From IMG/VR virus record IMGVR_UViG_3300002835_000015, positions 32,001 to 96,000 of that record: DNA of 64,000 bases; one strand, written 5' to 3'. Source of the stretch: a virus. The notes beneath the pieces were generated by a model. That model made no database searches. It saw nothing but the letters and a program-made list of their open reading frames with translations, and was not told where the DNA came from. Below, one piece after another: positions 21,049-32,256 of this stretch. A program made the position numbers and the translations under genes. The first letter of the stretch is position 1, and every line of letters begins with the position of its first letter.

Positions 21049-22898
21049 TGCTAGCTATTTATTATGATGAAGCTACAGCCTGCATTCTTAGGCCCACTCC
21101 GCTTATTTCTATAACTCAAAATGTTATTAGGAATAAGGCTGGTATGCTTGGTAGTTATTACGATATCACTTTAAATGGCACTATTCTCCCAGACGAAGGT
21201 TCCCCGTTTTATGTAACTGGCGGCGGTTCTGCAAACCACAACTCTCCAGCTACAGTACAGTCGGCGTTTTCTTCACTCTACTCAACGCCGCCAAAAGAAG
21301 CAGTACATTTTGATAATTATATGAGTTCTATTATTCATAAGCAGAATTTACTTAGAGAGTTGTTTAAGCGTGACGGTCAACTTGTTGAATTATTACCAGT
21401 TAGTGTAAGAACCGAATCAGACAGTGCAATGACGGATAATCCCGTTTTGAAGTTTCACCCCACAGTACAGTCTATTTCTTTTGAAGAAGGTATTTATGTT
21501 ACCAATTGCAAATATACTATTAATTTACGTGCAGAAGTATTATTAGACAACTCTAACAATATAATATCAGACGGTATTACCAATTCTACAATATGGCCAA
21601 CGGGTTCGGATAGAATTCCAATAAGAGCCAATGATAGAAATTTGAAAATTGTAAATGCGTTAAATGCCAGCGGTTTTGTTGAAGACTATAGCGAAAGTTG
21701 GTCTATAGAAGTAGAGGAAGGCAACGGAACAACTAATACCGCCGCCCCAATTACGACAGCTTTACCAACTAATCATATAGGATCACTCAGAACATATAGA
21801 GTGACTCGTAATATAACCGCAACTGGCCGCACAATGTATTATTCAGAAAATGGTTCAAAGGTAATTAAAAGAAGAGAGGCTTGGGAGCAAGCAAAGCAAT
21901 ACATATATAATACAGTTTTAAAAGATCAAGATAATATTTCAACAAACAACTCTACTGGATATGAACAATTTCCAGAATATACTTTAGGCCCATATTTTGG
22001 AAGTGGATATCTTAATATTGCTAAAGATATTTGGGGAGGATATAATCATTTAAGAACTGAATCTATAGATACCACGGCTGGAACTGTTACCATAAATGAT
22101 ACTTGGTTAATGTCAAGTGGCAATGCTTATGAAAACTATAATCTATCAGTATCAAAAAGTTATGATAACGCATTACATAAAGTTAGCATAGACGGAAAAA
22201 TAAAGGGCTTGTCTAGCGTACATGCTGGATCAACACAATACGGCGGCTCTAATACAAGCACAGCAACTCAATATGGAAACGCTCCACTAAACACCGCTCA
22301 CGAAAATGCAAGATACAAATGGAATCAAGTGAGTAATACTGGAGTTTATGGGCCAAACTGTTATTTATTTAGACGCGCACAAGCCTTAATGCACTTGCCG
22401 CTGAATTATATACCTTTATCAATATCATTATCTTCTAATGAATTCACGGGTGAAATAGATTACAATGTTGAATATGACACAAGACTTCAAAATGTAGTAA
22501 GTGGCACTTTATCAGAAAGTATAACTTGCAGCGACACATATCCGGGTGATGTTTTTGCTGTTATACCAGTTATTGGAAGACAACACGGGCCAGTATTACA
22601 ATATGTCGGCGGAAGAACAGAGTATCAAAGAAATTTAAGTATAGAATTGGTGATGGACAAATATTATACTTCTGGAAATGGCTCTTTAGTTAATAGGATA
22701 AGACAACAATCCGTTTTATCAAAACCAAGTTTAAACGAACCTTTTAAGGGTCAAATTAATTCTATCATTCATGCGTATAGTCCAGTACAAGAAGCTAATA
22801 TAAGAAAATATTTCGTTAGCCCGCCATCAGAAACTTGGGATCCAAGCACCGGAAGATATTCATTACAAATCAATTGGACTTATGAGGTAGGTAGGTAA
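21048..22898 (+). CDS. Putative tail/baseplate structural protein
   Basis: 616-aa beta-rich ORF in the tail operon; GAGG SD, TAATG overlap. Confidence 0.55.
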   Translation: MLAIYYDEATACILRPTPLISITQNVIRNKAGMLGSYYDITLNGTILPDEGSPFYVTGGGSANHNSPATVQSAFSSLYSTPPKEAVHFDNYMSSIIHKQNLLRELFKRDGQLVELLPVSVRTESDSAMTDNPVLKFHPTVQSISFEEGIYVTNCKYTINLRAEVLLDNSNNIISDGITNSTIWPTGSDRIPIRANDRNLKIVNALNASGFVEDYSESWSIEVEEGNGTTNTAAPITTALPTNHIGSLRTYRVTRNITATGRTMYYSENGSKVIKRREAWEQAKQYIYNTVLKDQDNISTNNSTGYEQFPEYTLGPYFGSGYLNIAKDIWGGYNHLRTESIDTTAGTVTINDTWLMSSGNAYENYNLSVSKSYDNALHKVSIDGKIKGLSSVHAGSTQYGGSNTSTATQYGNAPLNTAHENARYKWNQVSNTGVYGPNCYLFRRAQALMHLPLNYIPLSISLSSNEFTGEIDYNVEYDTRLQNVVSGTLSESITCSDTYPGDVFAVIPVIGRQHGPVLQYVGGRTEYQRNLSIELVMDKYYTSGNGSLVNRIRQQSVLSKPSLNEPFKGQINSIIHAYSPVQEANIRKYFVSPPSETWDPSTGRYSLQINWTYEVGR

Positions 22899-22902
22899 TA
22901 AA

Positions 22903-23316
22903 ATGCCAACAAGATCTGAAAATACTAATATAAATCCATCTGAACTTGTACCCGCAGGAGATAGAAAAATATCTCGGCAATTGATGGATAATATATCTGG
23001 TGTGACTCATGGATATACATATGATAGTGTATCAGTAACTAGACCTCCAAGCCCTCTAACTCCAAACGGATTAATTTTTGCTACTACTGGAGTATCAAAT
23101 GGCTATGCTTCTACTGTTAGCGGTATAACTAATTTTACTGCTTACAATGACTATATACATTATGCTCCTGTTGGTGCTGGTGGTAGCCTTGGTGGAGCTT
23201 TAACTGGGGCGGGTATAACTAATGTTGTATCACCACCAGCTAGATTTAATGTATTTAACAATTTAGTCAAAGCAAATTTTAGATTTGAAATTTATACTAG
23301 GCAATATAGAACATGA
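22903..23316 (+). CDS. Hypothetical virion protein
   Basis: 137-aa S/T/G-rich ORF in the tail operon. Confidence 0.5.
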   Translation: MPTRSENTNINPSELVPAGDRKISRQLMDNISGVTHGYTYDSVSVTRPPSPLTPNGLIFATTGVSNGYASTVSGITNFTAYNDYIHYAPVGAGGSLGGALTGAGITNVVSPPARFNVFNNLVKANFRFEIYTRQYRT

Positions 23317-26300
23317 CTACTAGATCAGAATTAACATCGGGGATTTACGGGAATCCAAATCCAGTGCCAAGGGTACAGGCTGGAATTTTAAATCCTACTG
23401 ACACTTCTAAAGTTTCTTCTATCATTCCATCTAGTGGATGGTACGGAGTTAATTGGCCCCGATATAGTGGTAGTGTTATACCACAAGGTATTTCAACTGG
23501 AGGTTGGGTTTTAGACCCTACGACTAAGGATACATATGATAGGGGATATCCTCAACAAACATTTCTTGGAGCTTCTATATGTAATTTTAGTATGAATGGT
23601 GGCTTTGGTGATAGTAGCTCAACATTGTCGTTAGATCTAGTTGCTGATGAATATAATAACTCTGATAATACCGCGCAGGGGGCGGGAGATGATGTTTATC
23701 ATAGTGGACTTGGTGATAGATTTGTACCACCTATGGCTGGCAGTCCAGTATTTTTTAAATTTGGGCAAAACTTTGCTACGGTAGAAGAAGCTTATAGATA
23801 TACCTTTGATACTATATACAGAACTAACACCATTCAACCAGCATCTATAACTCAGGGCGGAACTTTCAACAAAGATAACTTTACATCTTTGGGAGCAAAT
23901 CAATATGTTAATTTGTCTAATAATGGTATCTATAATTTTACTCAGGCTGTTACTAATCAATATGTAAGAGGATCTGGCCACATAGTATTTGGTGGTATCC
24001 TGCAATCCTATATACAAAACCGTGGCCCCGGTGGGAGTCCAACATATTCTGTGCAAGTCACAGACCCAAGAGAGATACTATCAAATGTAACAGTAATTTT
24101 GAACAACTATGCCGGAAGTACATTCAATACAAAAAATATCTTTAATGTCTATGGATTTTTAGAACATAATGTTTCGACTACACTTTCTGGACAATTAATG
24201 GGATATTTTGGTGGATTTAATCTGTTAAAAAAGTTTGTAAATCCGACAAATGGATTTGTTAGTTATAGTGGCGAACAATATCCAAAAGATTTTGTTGATT
24301 GTTGGGTTGGTAATGCACCATTCCCAGCCTTTGGTGCTACCAAGTCAGCATTTCCTTTTACTGGCACTGGCATGTCTAGAAGAGGATCTCAGGGTATTCC
24401 ATATTATCGCCTTGCTCAAGCGATGAATGCATTAATGTCTATTCAATATCCTTTACCGCAAGAATATATTAAAAAAGGATTTGGTGGTACTATAAATTTT
24501 CGTGGATATAATTATGTTGTTGATTTTAGTGGACTCCCTAATTTACCACCTTTATACTATTTAGATTTTGATCAAATAAATCTACTAGACTTAGCACTTG
24601 AGGTTTGTGAGGTCGCTAGCAGAGACTTGTTTGTTTCTTTGCTGCCAGTAATAAATCATCCTGCGTGTCAACATTTATATAATAGCCAACAAGGTGGTTC
24701 ATTTACTGGTCTAAATGCTATACCCAGTGGTTTAATAGCTGGAATTATAAGACTAGATAGTATTGATAGATCCTCGCCCCCAAATTATGGTGCAATTAAA
24801 CGATACATAGATAACTTATCTAATGCTGGAATATATGTAGAAAATCAAGATATTGGTTATGAGCTTTCTAACGTTACAACTGATAAGTTTGTTACTGGCG
24901 CACAAGAAGTTGATATGTATTGTTTTTCTACTAATTCTGATAGAGGAATAGTGAACGCTAGGAGTAGACGTAGCGGTGGTGAGGGTAACGATGCTGATTG
25001 GCAACAATGGACACTTGAAAAACAAGTTGAACAACAGATTTTACCCTATTATGGAACTTTAGGTCAAAGTGCTGTGACTATTCCCAAAGGTTGGGGTGCT
25101 TATCAACAAGTATTATTAGATGCTACAACATTAAATGCTAAAGGTGTTGGAGCATACTATGTAACAACAGAAATGGAGCTACGATGTGCTTCAGTATCGT
25201 ATGAATGCTGGAAGAATTTTTTACAACAATATAATGATACATATTTAGAATCTATAGAAGACGATGATACATTTGAGGGAGCCGCCCTTAATCAGACCCC
25301 TAATTTTGGTGGAGTTCCAGCGCGCTCAATAGCTACAAATTATGCCGTTACAGTTCCACGTTCCGTATTTGATACTTACACTGCTTCTGGCTCACGGTTT
25401 GGTCAAGATAATTTGCCTGCTAGTCCATGCAATCCTCCATATGGATATCCACTATATTATAAAAGAATGACTAAGTTAGGAATACCAGAAGGAGGATTAA
25501 CAAAATTACAATCCCGGTTAACTGGATTTATTACTGCCGCCGCGACTATTAGAGGTGCAGATGCAGATAGTTGGGAAGATATTAGAAATTCTGTATTAGC
25601 AGAATTAGAACAGATTAATTATGGTGAGTTGACTCAGCAAGAACAAACTTTTTATACTACCATTAAAAACGAGTTACAAAAAAATCCTCCAAATTTAGAA
25701 ATGTTGAATGGCATAGATGAAGGATTGCATAAAATTGGCGCGGTTTTACCAAGATTAGCAAAGAAGGGGACAGAAAATGCATTAAAAGTATATGAGTTTT
25801 TGAAAAAAATAGCTGATGAAAATTTAGGTAAAAAATTCTTAATAAAAATTCCTAGCAAGGTTAACTTTTTTTATGATGAAAATATAACTTGGAATAGTAG
25901 TTCAAATGGCGGTGAATATTTGACCGGCCCATTTGGTTTCAAGCCTAGGCCGGTTACATCTGGAATATATGAAGAGTTCTCCGCAGATTTTAAAAATGGA
26001 TATATTGCAAAAAGAGATAATTCAAAAAATTCTATTAATTCATTTTTGACCAGCGGCATCGATACAAAACAAGATGATTATGTAGGGGCTTTGAAAGTCA
26101 ATTTTAATCCCATAGCTGATAAATATGAATTCAATTATTCTCCTAGTAATTTAGGTGGATACTTTCCATTTGATTTATATACTAATACTTTAAGCTATAA
26201 AGATATACAGAAATTACCACCGAGTGTTCAACCAAAGGCTGTTTTTCAACAATTGATTCCACAGGATGCTAGTAATTTCATAGATGAAAATGGTAGGCTT

Positions 26301-28067
26301 TCAGCATATGTAAGGTTTGATCACAGTCAACATTTGACACTCAATTCTATGAACGCAGAAGATTTTACTCAACAGCTTATTACTGCTAGAGGTATGATTC
26401 CAGATCTATGTGAATTTTTAGATAATGTTGGCGAAGATGTATGGACATCTTTTAACGACGCAGATGCTAGCCGCAGAGACAATAACCCATCAGCTTCAAA
26501 GCAGTGCTTGTTTGTAAAGTGCAATGTTGATGAAAAGTTTTATTTAGCACCAAAGTTAGGATTTCGCCCAATACAAATATTCGGAGGTAGCACAACACAA
26601 AAATCAAAAGTATCTCGTCCAAGAAAAATTTTCATACCATGCTCTGGCTGGAAGGCTGGATCTTCGCCACAAACTAGAACTCGCTCAGATTTAATTCCCG
26701 GTACTGGATGTTATATAGACAGTTACAATTTTATTGAATATAATTATTCTCCAACAATTGCCGGTGGAGATACTATTAATAGATTGGATTATGATAGGCC
26801 ATATTCAACAGAATTAAATAGTCATATAGTAAATACTTCTCTAGAATCATTAGACACTAGATTTGTTTATGCTCTGATTACATTACCAAATAAAGTGTTA
26901 CCTACAAAAGATTCAAGATATAGGGATGCTGTGGGTCAAGAGGGTGATACTAAAAGCGTCAAACATTATTTAACTATGGACGTTGTTAAAGGTTTGCCAG
27001 AATTCGGTGATATAGCATATGCCAACGAAGCAACGCAGGGTGCAAACAATATCACAGCATTCCCATCTGAAATTGCTAGCAGGGCGTGGTTAGCTGCTAA
27101 AAAAGCAAAGTATGCTATGCAATTTGGTTTTCCATATCAAATCCAAATGTCAGCACCGTCGCCAGTTTATCCAGATTTAGTTGTTTTGCCGCTAATGTCT
27201 CATGAAAGATGTTATGGTCCTTGGATTTCATCTCAAGTAGATCCACAGTCAAATGCATATGTAAATGTTGGTGGTAGAGTAGAGTTCATTAAAGATGAAA
27301 ATTTAGCACCTTGGAATTACTCTGGATACGAATTGATGAATGGTGCAGGAATATTACAAGCTCAATTTGCTAATAGCTTATTATTATTTTCAGAACGTGG
27401 AGGATTTACTTTTCCCGGCATTCCAAATAGATCACTTTGTCAAGCACTGGAAAATGGTGGACCATTAGTTACAAATATATCTGTTGATGTATCTAGTGCT
27501 GGATTAAAAACAACTTATAAATTAGATCTTTACACATCTAGTTTTGGTAAATTACAAAAACAAAAACAAGATATGATTTCTAAAATTAGTAGAGAACGCC
27601 AAAAGCTTAGAGATGAGAGAAATGCATTAATTAGAAAAGGAATCGGAAAATCACAATCTAGCATTAATACTGTCGGAGCTGCAAATTTATTTGGTAATAA
27701 TGGAACCCCAATGAGAACTCCCCAAATGAATAATTACATAGTAGCATCTGTAAATGAATATGAGAGTCAAGTATATGCTCCACTATTACAAAACTATAGC
27801 AATTTTGGTGATGGCCCTTCATCTCAAGGCGAGGGGGTTGTAGATCATGGATTTGCAGTTGGAAATACATCCGAAACAGACTTATTAGATTCAATGAATT
27901 ATTTTGCTGGAGAAAAAGGGAATTTATTATATAACAATCGCTCTTACAAAACCGGCGGGGCTTCTTACGATCAAATATTTAGTCCATATTCTGAAGAATA
28001 CAATCCAAACATGCCAAACTTTTTAAATATTAATCCAAATACAAGAAGAGGATTTTACGAGAGTTGA
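23313..28067 (+). CDS. Putative baseplate hub / tail tip protein
   Basis: 1584 aa. N-terminal FxGILQSY....SPTYSVQVTDP hub-like pattern; C-terminal NISVDVSSAGLKTTYKL strand then coiled coil. Confidence 0.5.
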   Translation: MTTRSELTSGIYGNPNPVPRVQAGILNPTDTSKVSSIIPSSGWYGVNWPRYSGSVIPQGISTGGWVLDPTTKDTYDRGYPQQTFLGASICNFSMNGGFGDSSSTLSLDLVADEYNNSDNTAQGAGDDVYHSGLGDRFVPPMAGSPVFFKFGQNFATVEEAYRYTFDTIYRTNTIQPASITQGGTFNKDNFTSLGANQYVNLSNNGIYNFTQAVTNQYVRGSGHIVFGGILQSYIQNRGPGGSPTYSVQVTDPREILSNVTVILNNYAGSTFNTKNIFNVYGFLEHNVSTTLSGQLMGYFGGFNLLKKFVNPTNGFVSYSGEQYPKDFVDCWVGNAPFPAFGATKSAFPFTGTGMSRRGSQGIPYYRLAQAMNALMSIQYPLPQEYIKKGFGGTINFRGYNYVVDFSGLPNLPPLYYLDFDQINLLDLALEVCEVASRDLFVSLLPVINHPACQHLYNSQQGGSFTGLNAIPSGLIAGIIRLDSIDRSSPPNYGAIKRYIDNLSNAGIYVENQDIGYELSNVTTDKFVTGAQEVDMYCFSTNSDRGIVNARSRRSGGEGNDADWQQWTLEKQVEQQILPYYGTLGQSAVTIPKGWGAYQQVLLDATTLNAKGVGAYYVTTEMELRCASVSYECWKNFLQQYNDTYLESIEDDDTFEGAALNQTPNFGGVPARSIATNYAVTVPRSVFDTYTASGSRFGQDNLPASPCNPPYGYPLYYKRMTKLGIPEGGLTKLQSRLTGFITAAATIRGADADSWEDIRNSVLAELEQINYGELTQQEQTFYTTIKNELQKNPPNLEMLNGIDEGLHKIGAVLPRLAKKGTENALKVYEFLKKIADENLGKKFLIKIPSKVNFFYDENITWNSSSNGGEYLTGPFGFKPRPVTSGIYEEFSADFKNGYIAKRDNSKNSINSFLTSGIDTKQDDYVGALKVNFNPIADKYEFNYSPSNLGGYFPFDLYTNTLSYKDIQKLPPSVQPKAVFQQLIPQDASNFIDENGRLSAYVRFDHSQHLTLNSMNAEDFTQQLITARGMIPDLCEFLDNVGEDVWTSFNDADASRRDNNPSASKQCLFVKCNVDEKFYLAPKLGFRPIQIFGGSTTQKSKVSRPRKIFIPCSGWKAGSSPQTRTRSDLIPGTGCYIDSYNFIEYNYSPTIAGGDTINRLDYDRPYSTELNSHIVNTSLESLDTRFVYALITLPNKVLPTKDSRYRDAVGQEGDTKSVKHYLTMDVVKGLPEFGDIAYANEATQGANNITAFPSEIASRAWLAAKKAKYAMQFGFPYQIQMSAPSPVYPDLVVLPLMSHERCYGPWISSQVDPQSNAYVNVGGRVEFIKDENLAPWNYSGYELMNGAGILQAQFANSLLLFSERGGFTFPGIPNRSLCQALENGGPLVTNISVDVSSAGLKTTYKLDLYTSSFGKLQKQKQDMISKISRERQKLRDERNALIRKGIGKSQSSINTVGAANLFGNNGTPMRTPQMNNYIVASVNEYESQVYAPLLQNYSNFGDGPSSQGEGVVDHGFAVGNTSETDLLDSMNYFAGEKGNLLYNNRSYKTGGASYDQIFSPYSEEYNPNMPNFLNINPNTRRGFYES

Positions 28068-28082
28068 AACAAAGGAAAATAT

Positions 28083-31000
28083 ATGACTAATTTTTTTAAT
28101 TCAAGATCTGGATCTATTGTAAAGACTTATCACTATTATGTTACTTCTGATAAAAAGTTGCATGATATAGGATTAGCATCTTATACTAGAAATAGTTTAG
28201 AAAAGTTTGGTAAAAGGAAAAAAAACGGAGTAGAACAAAATGATCCAGATATTAGTGAATATTTAACCGGCGGTGTTGATAGCATCAAGCCAATACTTCG
28301 CGGTGATGGTAGAACACTAATTGTTTATAGATTTGACAAAGATACAAAAAGATATTTGTATACAACCAATAGTGCTACTGGTGAAGACAATATTTTTTGG
28401 ACCCCTAGTGGAGATATAGTATATACAAACCTAAAAACATTTCAAGAAAAATTTGATTTATATCAAAAGGGTTGGATCACAAATGATACAGAAGCTTTTA
28501 ATATTTCATATATTTGGTCAAAAATAAATACAAGCTTGTCTGGATGCATTAGTTTTCAAGCAAATGGATATAGTATTTTATCCCAAGCATCTAGCGGTAT
28601 TGTAAATATGTTTCTACAGTCTAAGGGAGATGGAAGTAACAGAGGGGTAGCTTTTCAAACACCAGTTATTGCTGGAGTTGCATCAACGGCTGGTGGTATA
28701 CAACACGCTTTTGGTATAAGCGAAACATTACCGCCGGGAGCTTTTTCTGCCCCAGATGTTGGCGGTGCTAAAAATCCAAATAATACAGTTGCTGGCCCGT
28801 TAAATTTACATCTTAATCGTGGAACCGGCAAGTGGGAATCTGGAACTACCCAAACATATTGTCAGATATTAGATGATGTGCCGGGAGTTCCATTGTCAGA
28901 CTTGCCTAGTAATGTAGATAATATAGACAATGAAACTTTAAAGTTACCATTTACAAGTGGTATTGCTATGGTAATGGAAACAGAAAAGGGCAATCCTCAT
29001 CTTTGTGTGCCATGTTCTATGGGGTGTAGCGTATCTGAAAAACACAAAATAACTGTAGTGAACAGAACCCCCAGAGCTTTTGTGAAAGGCGAAGTTATAT
29101 TAGCTAGTCAAATTAATGGAGATTGGGTTCCAGTACCATTGACTAATGGTGTATCGGTAGCGAAAAAATTAGTTTTTGAATGGTCACAAATACAAAAATA
29201 TATAGTAAATGCAAAAGGATTTTTTAGGAATATTAATGATGCCGGCCAGTTTATGGACAGAGAAGTATATACCGATACTATGAGAGCAAGATTTTATAAT
29301 ACTCTTCCAAGTACATCTTTTACCGATAATGCCCAATATAATAATTTGAGTAATTTAAGACTTCTTAACCTTGCTAAAGCAGAATCTGATAAATATGAAA
29401 TAACAAGTGGTGGCAGTATAAATATGAATGGAATAGATGACGCATCTTTGAACTCTCTTGGATTACAAACCTTACTAAATAACAGAGTTAGTTATAATTA
29501 CATGCAATTTTTTGATGCTGATATTATTGGTAAAGACTTGGGTGGAAACAATCTTGGAACTAAATTAAAGAATACGGTGATAGCAAAAACAGAACCAACT
29601 AGCTCAGATGGAGTTTCATCTGCAAGTGTGCCGACTAGTTGGGGCTTGTATTTTCCAGATGGATACTCAACAGCTAGTGTGGGAAGAACAATAACTAATA
29701 CCACTAGCGTTTCTCATTATAGCAGCTTAAACATTTATACTTCCTCAAGTCTTAATTTTGCAAAATATAGAAATACTGTACAAACAGATCAATTCAATCT
29801 AAAAGATATGTATTTTTATCATATGCCAGCACAAATGGCACTGAATGGTTCTGGAAATCAAAGTATAGATTACCAATTTTTTCCAATGACCTCTTCTTTT
29901 ACAAATGATGGTTTTTGTGATAAGATGATAAGATATATACAAAATCCAGTTAAGGGAGATTGGTTAAAAACTTCAACTGGTAAAAATTTATATGGATTGA
30001 CCCCCATAAATTCTACATCTGTTCAATTTACACCGCTATCATTAGAATTAGCATTATCTTCTACCAAAATCTTGGATAACGGACTTGGTGCTGTAATATA
30101 TCCAAATAATGGAGGATATAAAAAATTAAAAACTAATTTAAACAATATTAAAGCATATGGAATATATGCTACAGATGATTCATTTTTTGGTAAAGCTTGG
30201 GATCGTCTTCAAATTTCTGATGTTAATCTAGAATCAGACGGTTCAGTACTTGCAAAAATATCATTTGGAGACAGGTTAACAAATTTGGGATGGGGAAAAG
30301 AGAACTACGGTAAACTTGAGAATATAGGTAAGCCATTCCGTGGAGATAGACCAGACGGTGGACCAGATCTAATACCAACACAGGGAAACAGCATGGAAAG
30401 TTCTAATGTAGTAGGAATTATTGCTGCCAAAGCTACATTTTCACTTACTGCCGGTGGAGCAATAGAGTTAAAGACTAATAATAAATTCGGAATGCTTGCA
30501 TATAAACAGTCCACTATGGCAAATAGTAGTTTTTCAACTGTGTTCGGTGGTATAGCTGGTCTTTTTATTCAAGATAATAGTGGTCTTTCTAAAACATCTG
30601 ATAATGTTCAGTGGGGAGGAAGTCTTGGGGATGAAAAAGTACAAGATTTAGGAACAACTGCACTCTGGTGTGCCGTATATGATCACTGTCCAAATACCAT
30701 ATATGATGGAAGATATTTTGCACCACTTCAATTTAATCCTTCTGGCGCATCTGTAGACTTTGATGAAGTTAATCTTTCTGTTGGTCAAATTGTTGGTTTA
30801 GCTAATAAAACTATTCCAACAATTAAAAATAAAATTAGAAGAAACATGTTATTATCAAACGGTGGATTTGCATATGTTAAGAAAGTCATATCGGCTAATC
30901 CAGCTTCAATAAATATTAAAAAGGCTGGACGGGGTTACAGTGAAGGGGATAAAGTAGTTTTTAAAATTGGTGGTAAAGAAGCAGTATTTTTGGTATCACA

Positions 31001-31460
31001 AACTTCTGGTGGTGGTGGCATAGGAGGTTTAATTCCAGATCCAGACCTTGGAGTTGACGCATATGGCGAAACCGCTGATGGAGGAACTAGTAATCCATTT
31101 AAATCTGGAGTCATAAACGGAGTTATAACATCAAATAATGTTGATCCCGACCCCGACGCAAAAGCTGTAATAGAATTAAGTTCTGGTAAAGTCATAGAAA
31201 AACTATTAGTTGATAAGTTACAGTTTCATGGCTACAAAAAAGTTACCCCGTCTGATGCAAATGGAAAGGGTGATTCTGGAGGATTTGTTTATGGTAATAA
31301 AACTACAACTTTTTCATTACCAAAAAATAGTACTGGAAAATACGATTTATTCTTTTTCTTTGTAAGCGATATTGCTAATTATCCAGAAGGAGGAGTCCTT
31401 TGGGAAGGTGCTAGCGAACCGCAGGGAAGATATGTCAATCTAGAAATAACAACTATATAA
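28083..31460 (+). CDS. Putative tail fibre / virion protein
   Basis: 1125 aa; I..AGRGYSEGD glycine motif typical of fibre/baseplate proteins; tail operon context. Confidence 0.5.
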   Translation: MTNFFNSRSGSIVKTYHYYVTSDKKLHDIGLASYTRNSLEKFGKRKKNGVEQNDPDISEYLTGGVDSIKPILRGDGRTLIVYRFDKDTKRYLYTTNSATGEDNIFWTPSGDIVYTNLKTFQEKFDLYQKGWITNDTEAFNISYIWSKINTSLSGCISFQANGYSILSQASSGIVNMFLQSKGDGSNRGVAFQTPVIAGVASTAGGIQHAFGISETLPPGAFSAPDVGGAKNPNNTVAGPLNLHLNRGTGKWESGTTQTYCQILDDVPGVPLSDLPSNVDNIDNETLKLPFTSGIAMVMETEKGNPHLCVPCSMGCSVSEKHKITVVNRTPRAFVKGEVILASQINGDWVPVPLTNGVSVAKKLVFEWSQIQKYIVNAKGFFRNINDAGQFMDREVYTDTMRARFYNTLPSTSFTDNAQYNNLSNLRLLNLAKAESDKYEITSGGSINMNGIDDASLNSLGLQTLLNNRVSYNYMQFFDADIIGKDLGGNNLGTKLKNTVIAKTEPTSSDGVSSASVPTSWGLYFPDGYSTASVGRTITNTTSVSHYSSLNIYTSSSLNFAKYRNTVQTDQFNLKDMYFYHMPAQMALNGSGNQSIDYQFFPMTSSFTNDGFCDKMIRYIQNPVKGDWLKTSTGKNLYGLTPINSTSVQFTPLSLELALSSTKILDNGLGAVIYPNNGGYKKLKTNLNNIKAYGIYATDDSFFGKAWDRLQISDVNLESDGSVLAKISFGDRLTNLGWGKENYGKLENIGKPFRGDRPDGGPDLIPTQGNSMESSNVVGIIAAKATFSLTAGGAIELKTNNKFGMLAYKQSTMANSSFSTVFGGIAGLFIQDNSGLSKTSDNVQWGGSLGDEKVQDLGTTALWCAVYDHCPNTIYDGRYFAPLQFNPSGASVDFDEVNLSVGQIVGLANKTIPTIKNKIRRNMLLSNGGFAYVKKVISANPASINIKKAGRGYSEGDKVVFKIGGKEAVFLVSQTSGGGGIGGLIPDPDLGVDAYGETADGGTSNPFKSGVINGVITSNNVDPDPDAKAVIELSSGKVIEKLLVDKLQFHGYKKVTPSDANGKGDSGGFVYGNKTTTFSLPKNSTGKYDLFFFFVSDIANYPEGGVLWEGASEPQGRYVNLEITTI

Positions 31461-31465
31461 TAAAA

Positions 31466-31480
31466 GTGTATATTACTGTA
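31466..31480 (+). promoter_or_regulatory. Candidate phage late promoter GTGTATATTACTGTA
   Basis: Intergenic; 14/15 identical to GTGTATAATACTGTA at 20869; related copies precede other genes. Confidence 0.45.
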
Positions 31481-31506
31481 TAACCCACGAAAATAGGGAG
31501 AATTCT

Positions 31507-32226
31507 ATGGCTGAAATCAAATTTTATGGTAATTATGTAGCTTCATTGGATGAGAATCTAATAAGGCACGATTTAGGGTCTGGAATAGGATTTTATGGTC
31601 TAGACTTTGGAATTTCTGTTCCAATCGGCTCACAGCAAACATCAACTTGGATCACCAACTCTGATGGGACTGTTCCCGGCCCAAGATTGAACAATACAGC
31701 CAAAGTAGCCAGTGGTATTGGCAGCAGTAAAGGTACTGTCAGCATTAATGGTACTAATGCTATTGATTTAGATTTACTACCAAATTATTTATGCCCATTA
31801 AATATTAGATTCACTCATTCAACCCCAGTAAAAGTTCAAAATGGAAAATTAAGAATATTTGCTAGAAATGATGGAATTAGTAAGCCAGCCAGCGGAGTTA
31901 CAACTTGGGTTTATGAAGCTAGAAGACCAACATCTTCAACTAATCCAGCGTTAGGGAGTTTAAATCTCAGGGGGGTTTCAGATTTCGTGTGGGCAGAATT
32001 CGATCCATTATCGACCCAGACTGAATTGCCCCTTACTCCATCTCCGGGTATGAGTGGATTAAATACAAGTAATCTGGACGCTAATGCAAGTTTAGGATAT
32101 ACTAGTCAAAATGGTATATCTCATAGTTCTTCTAGACATGATTGGTATATTGCTCTCAGTTCAGAGCCAGAGAGTATCGGAAGTAAAACTAATTATGCTT
32201 TATATTATACAGTAGAATATCTATGA
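31507..32226 (+). CDS. Hypothetical virion protein
   Basis: 239-aa beta/Ser-rich ORF, GGGAG SD, last gene of the + arm. Confidence 0.55.
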   Translation: MAEIKFYGNYVASLDENLIRHDLGSGIGFYGLDFGISVPIGSQQTSTWITNSDGTVPGPRLNNTAKVASGIGSSKGTVSINGTNAIDLDLLPNYLCPLNIRFTHSTPVKVQNGKLRIFARNDGISKPASGVTTWVYEARRPTSSTNPALGSLNLRGVSDFVWAEFDPLSTQTELPLTPSPGMSGLNTSNLDANASLGYTSQNGISHSSSRHDWYIALSSEPESIGSKTNYALYYTVEYL

Positions 32227-32249
32227 AAAAAGGGGCGGTTTCCCGCCCC
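32226..32249 (-). terminator. Intrinsic terminator at the convergence of the two arms
   Basis: Minus strand reads GGGGCGG-GAAA-CCGCCCC-TTTTTT. Confidence 0.85.
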
Positions 32250-32256
32250 CAGATCA

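Noticed and set aside
3575-31195. Many short antisense ORFs in the ORF track (and + strand ones opposite the minus arm)
   Set aside because: Shadows of long coding genes with no recognisable motifs.
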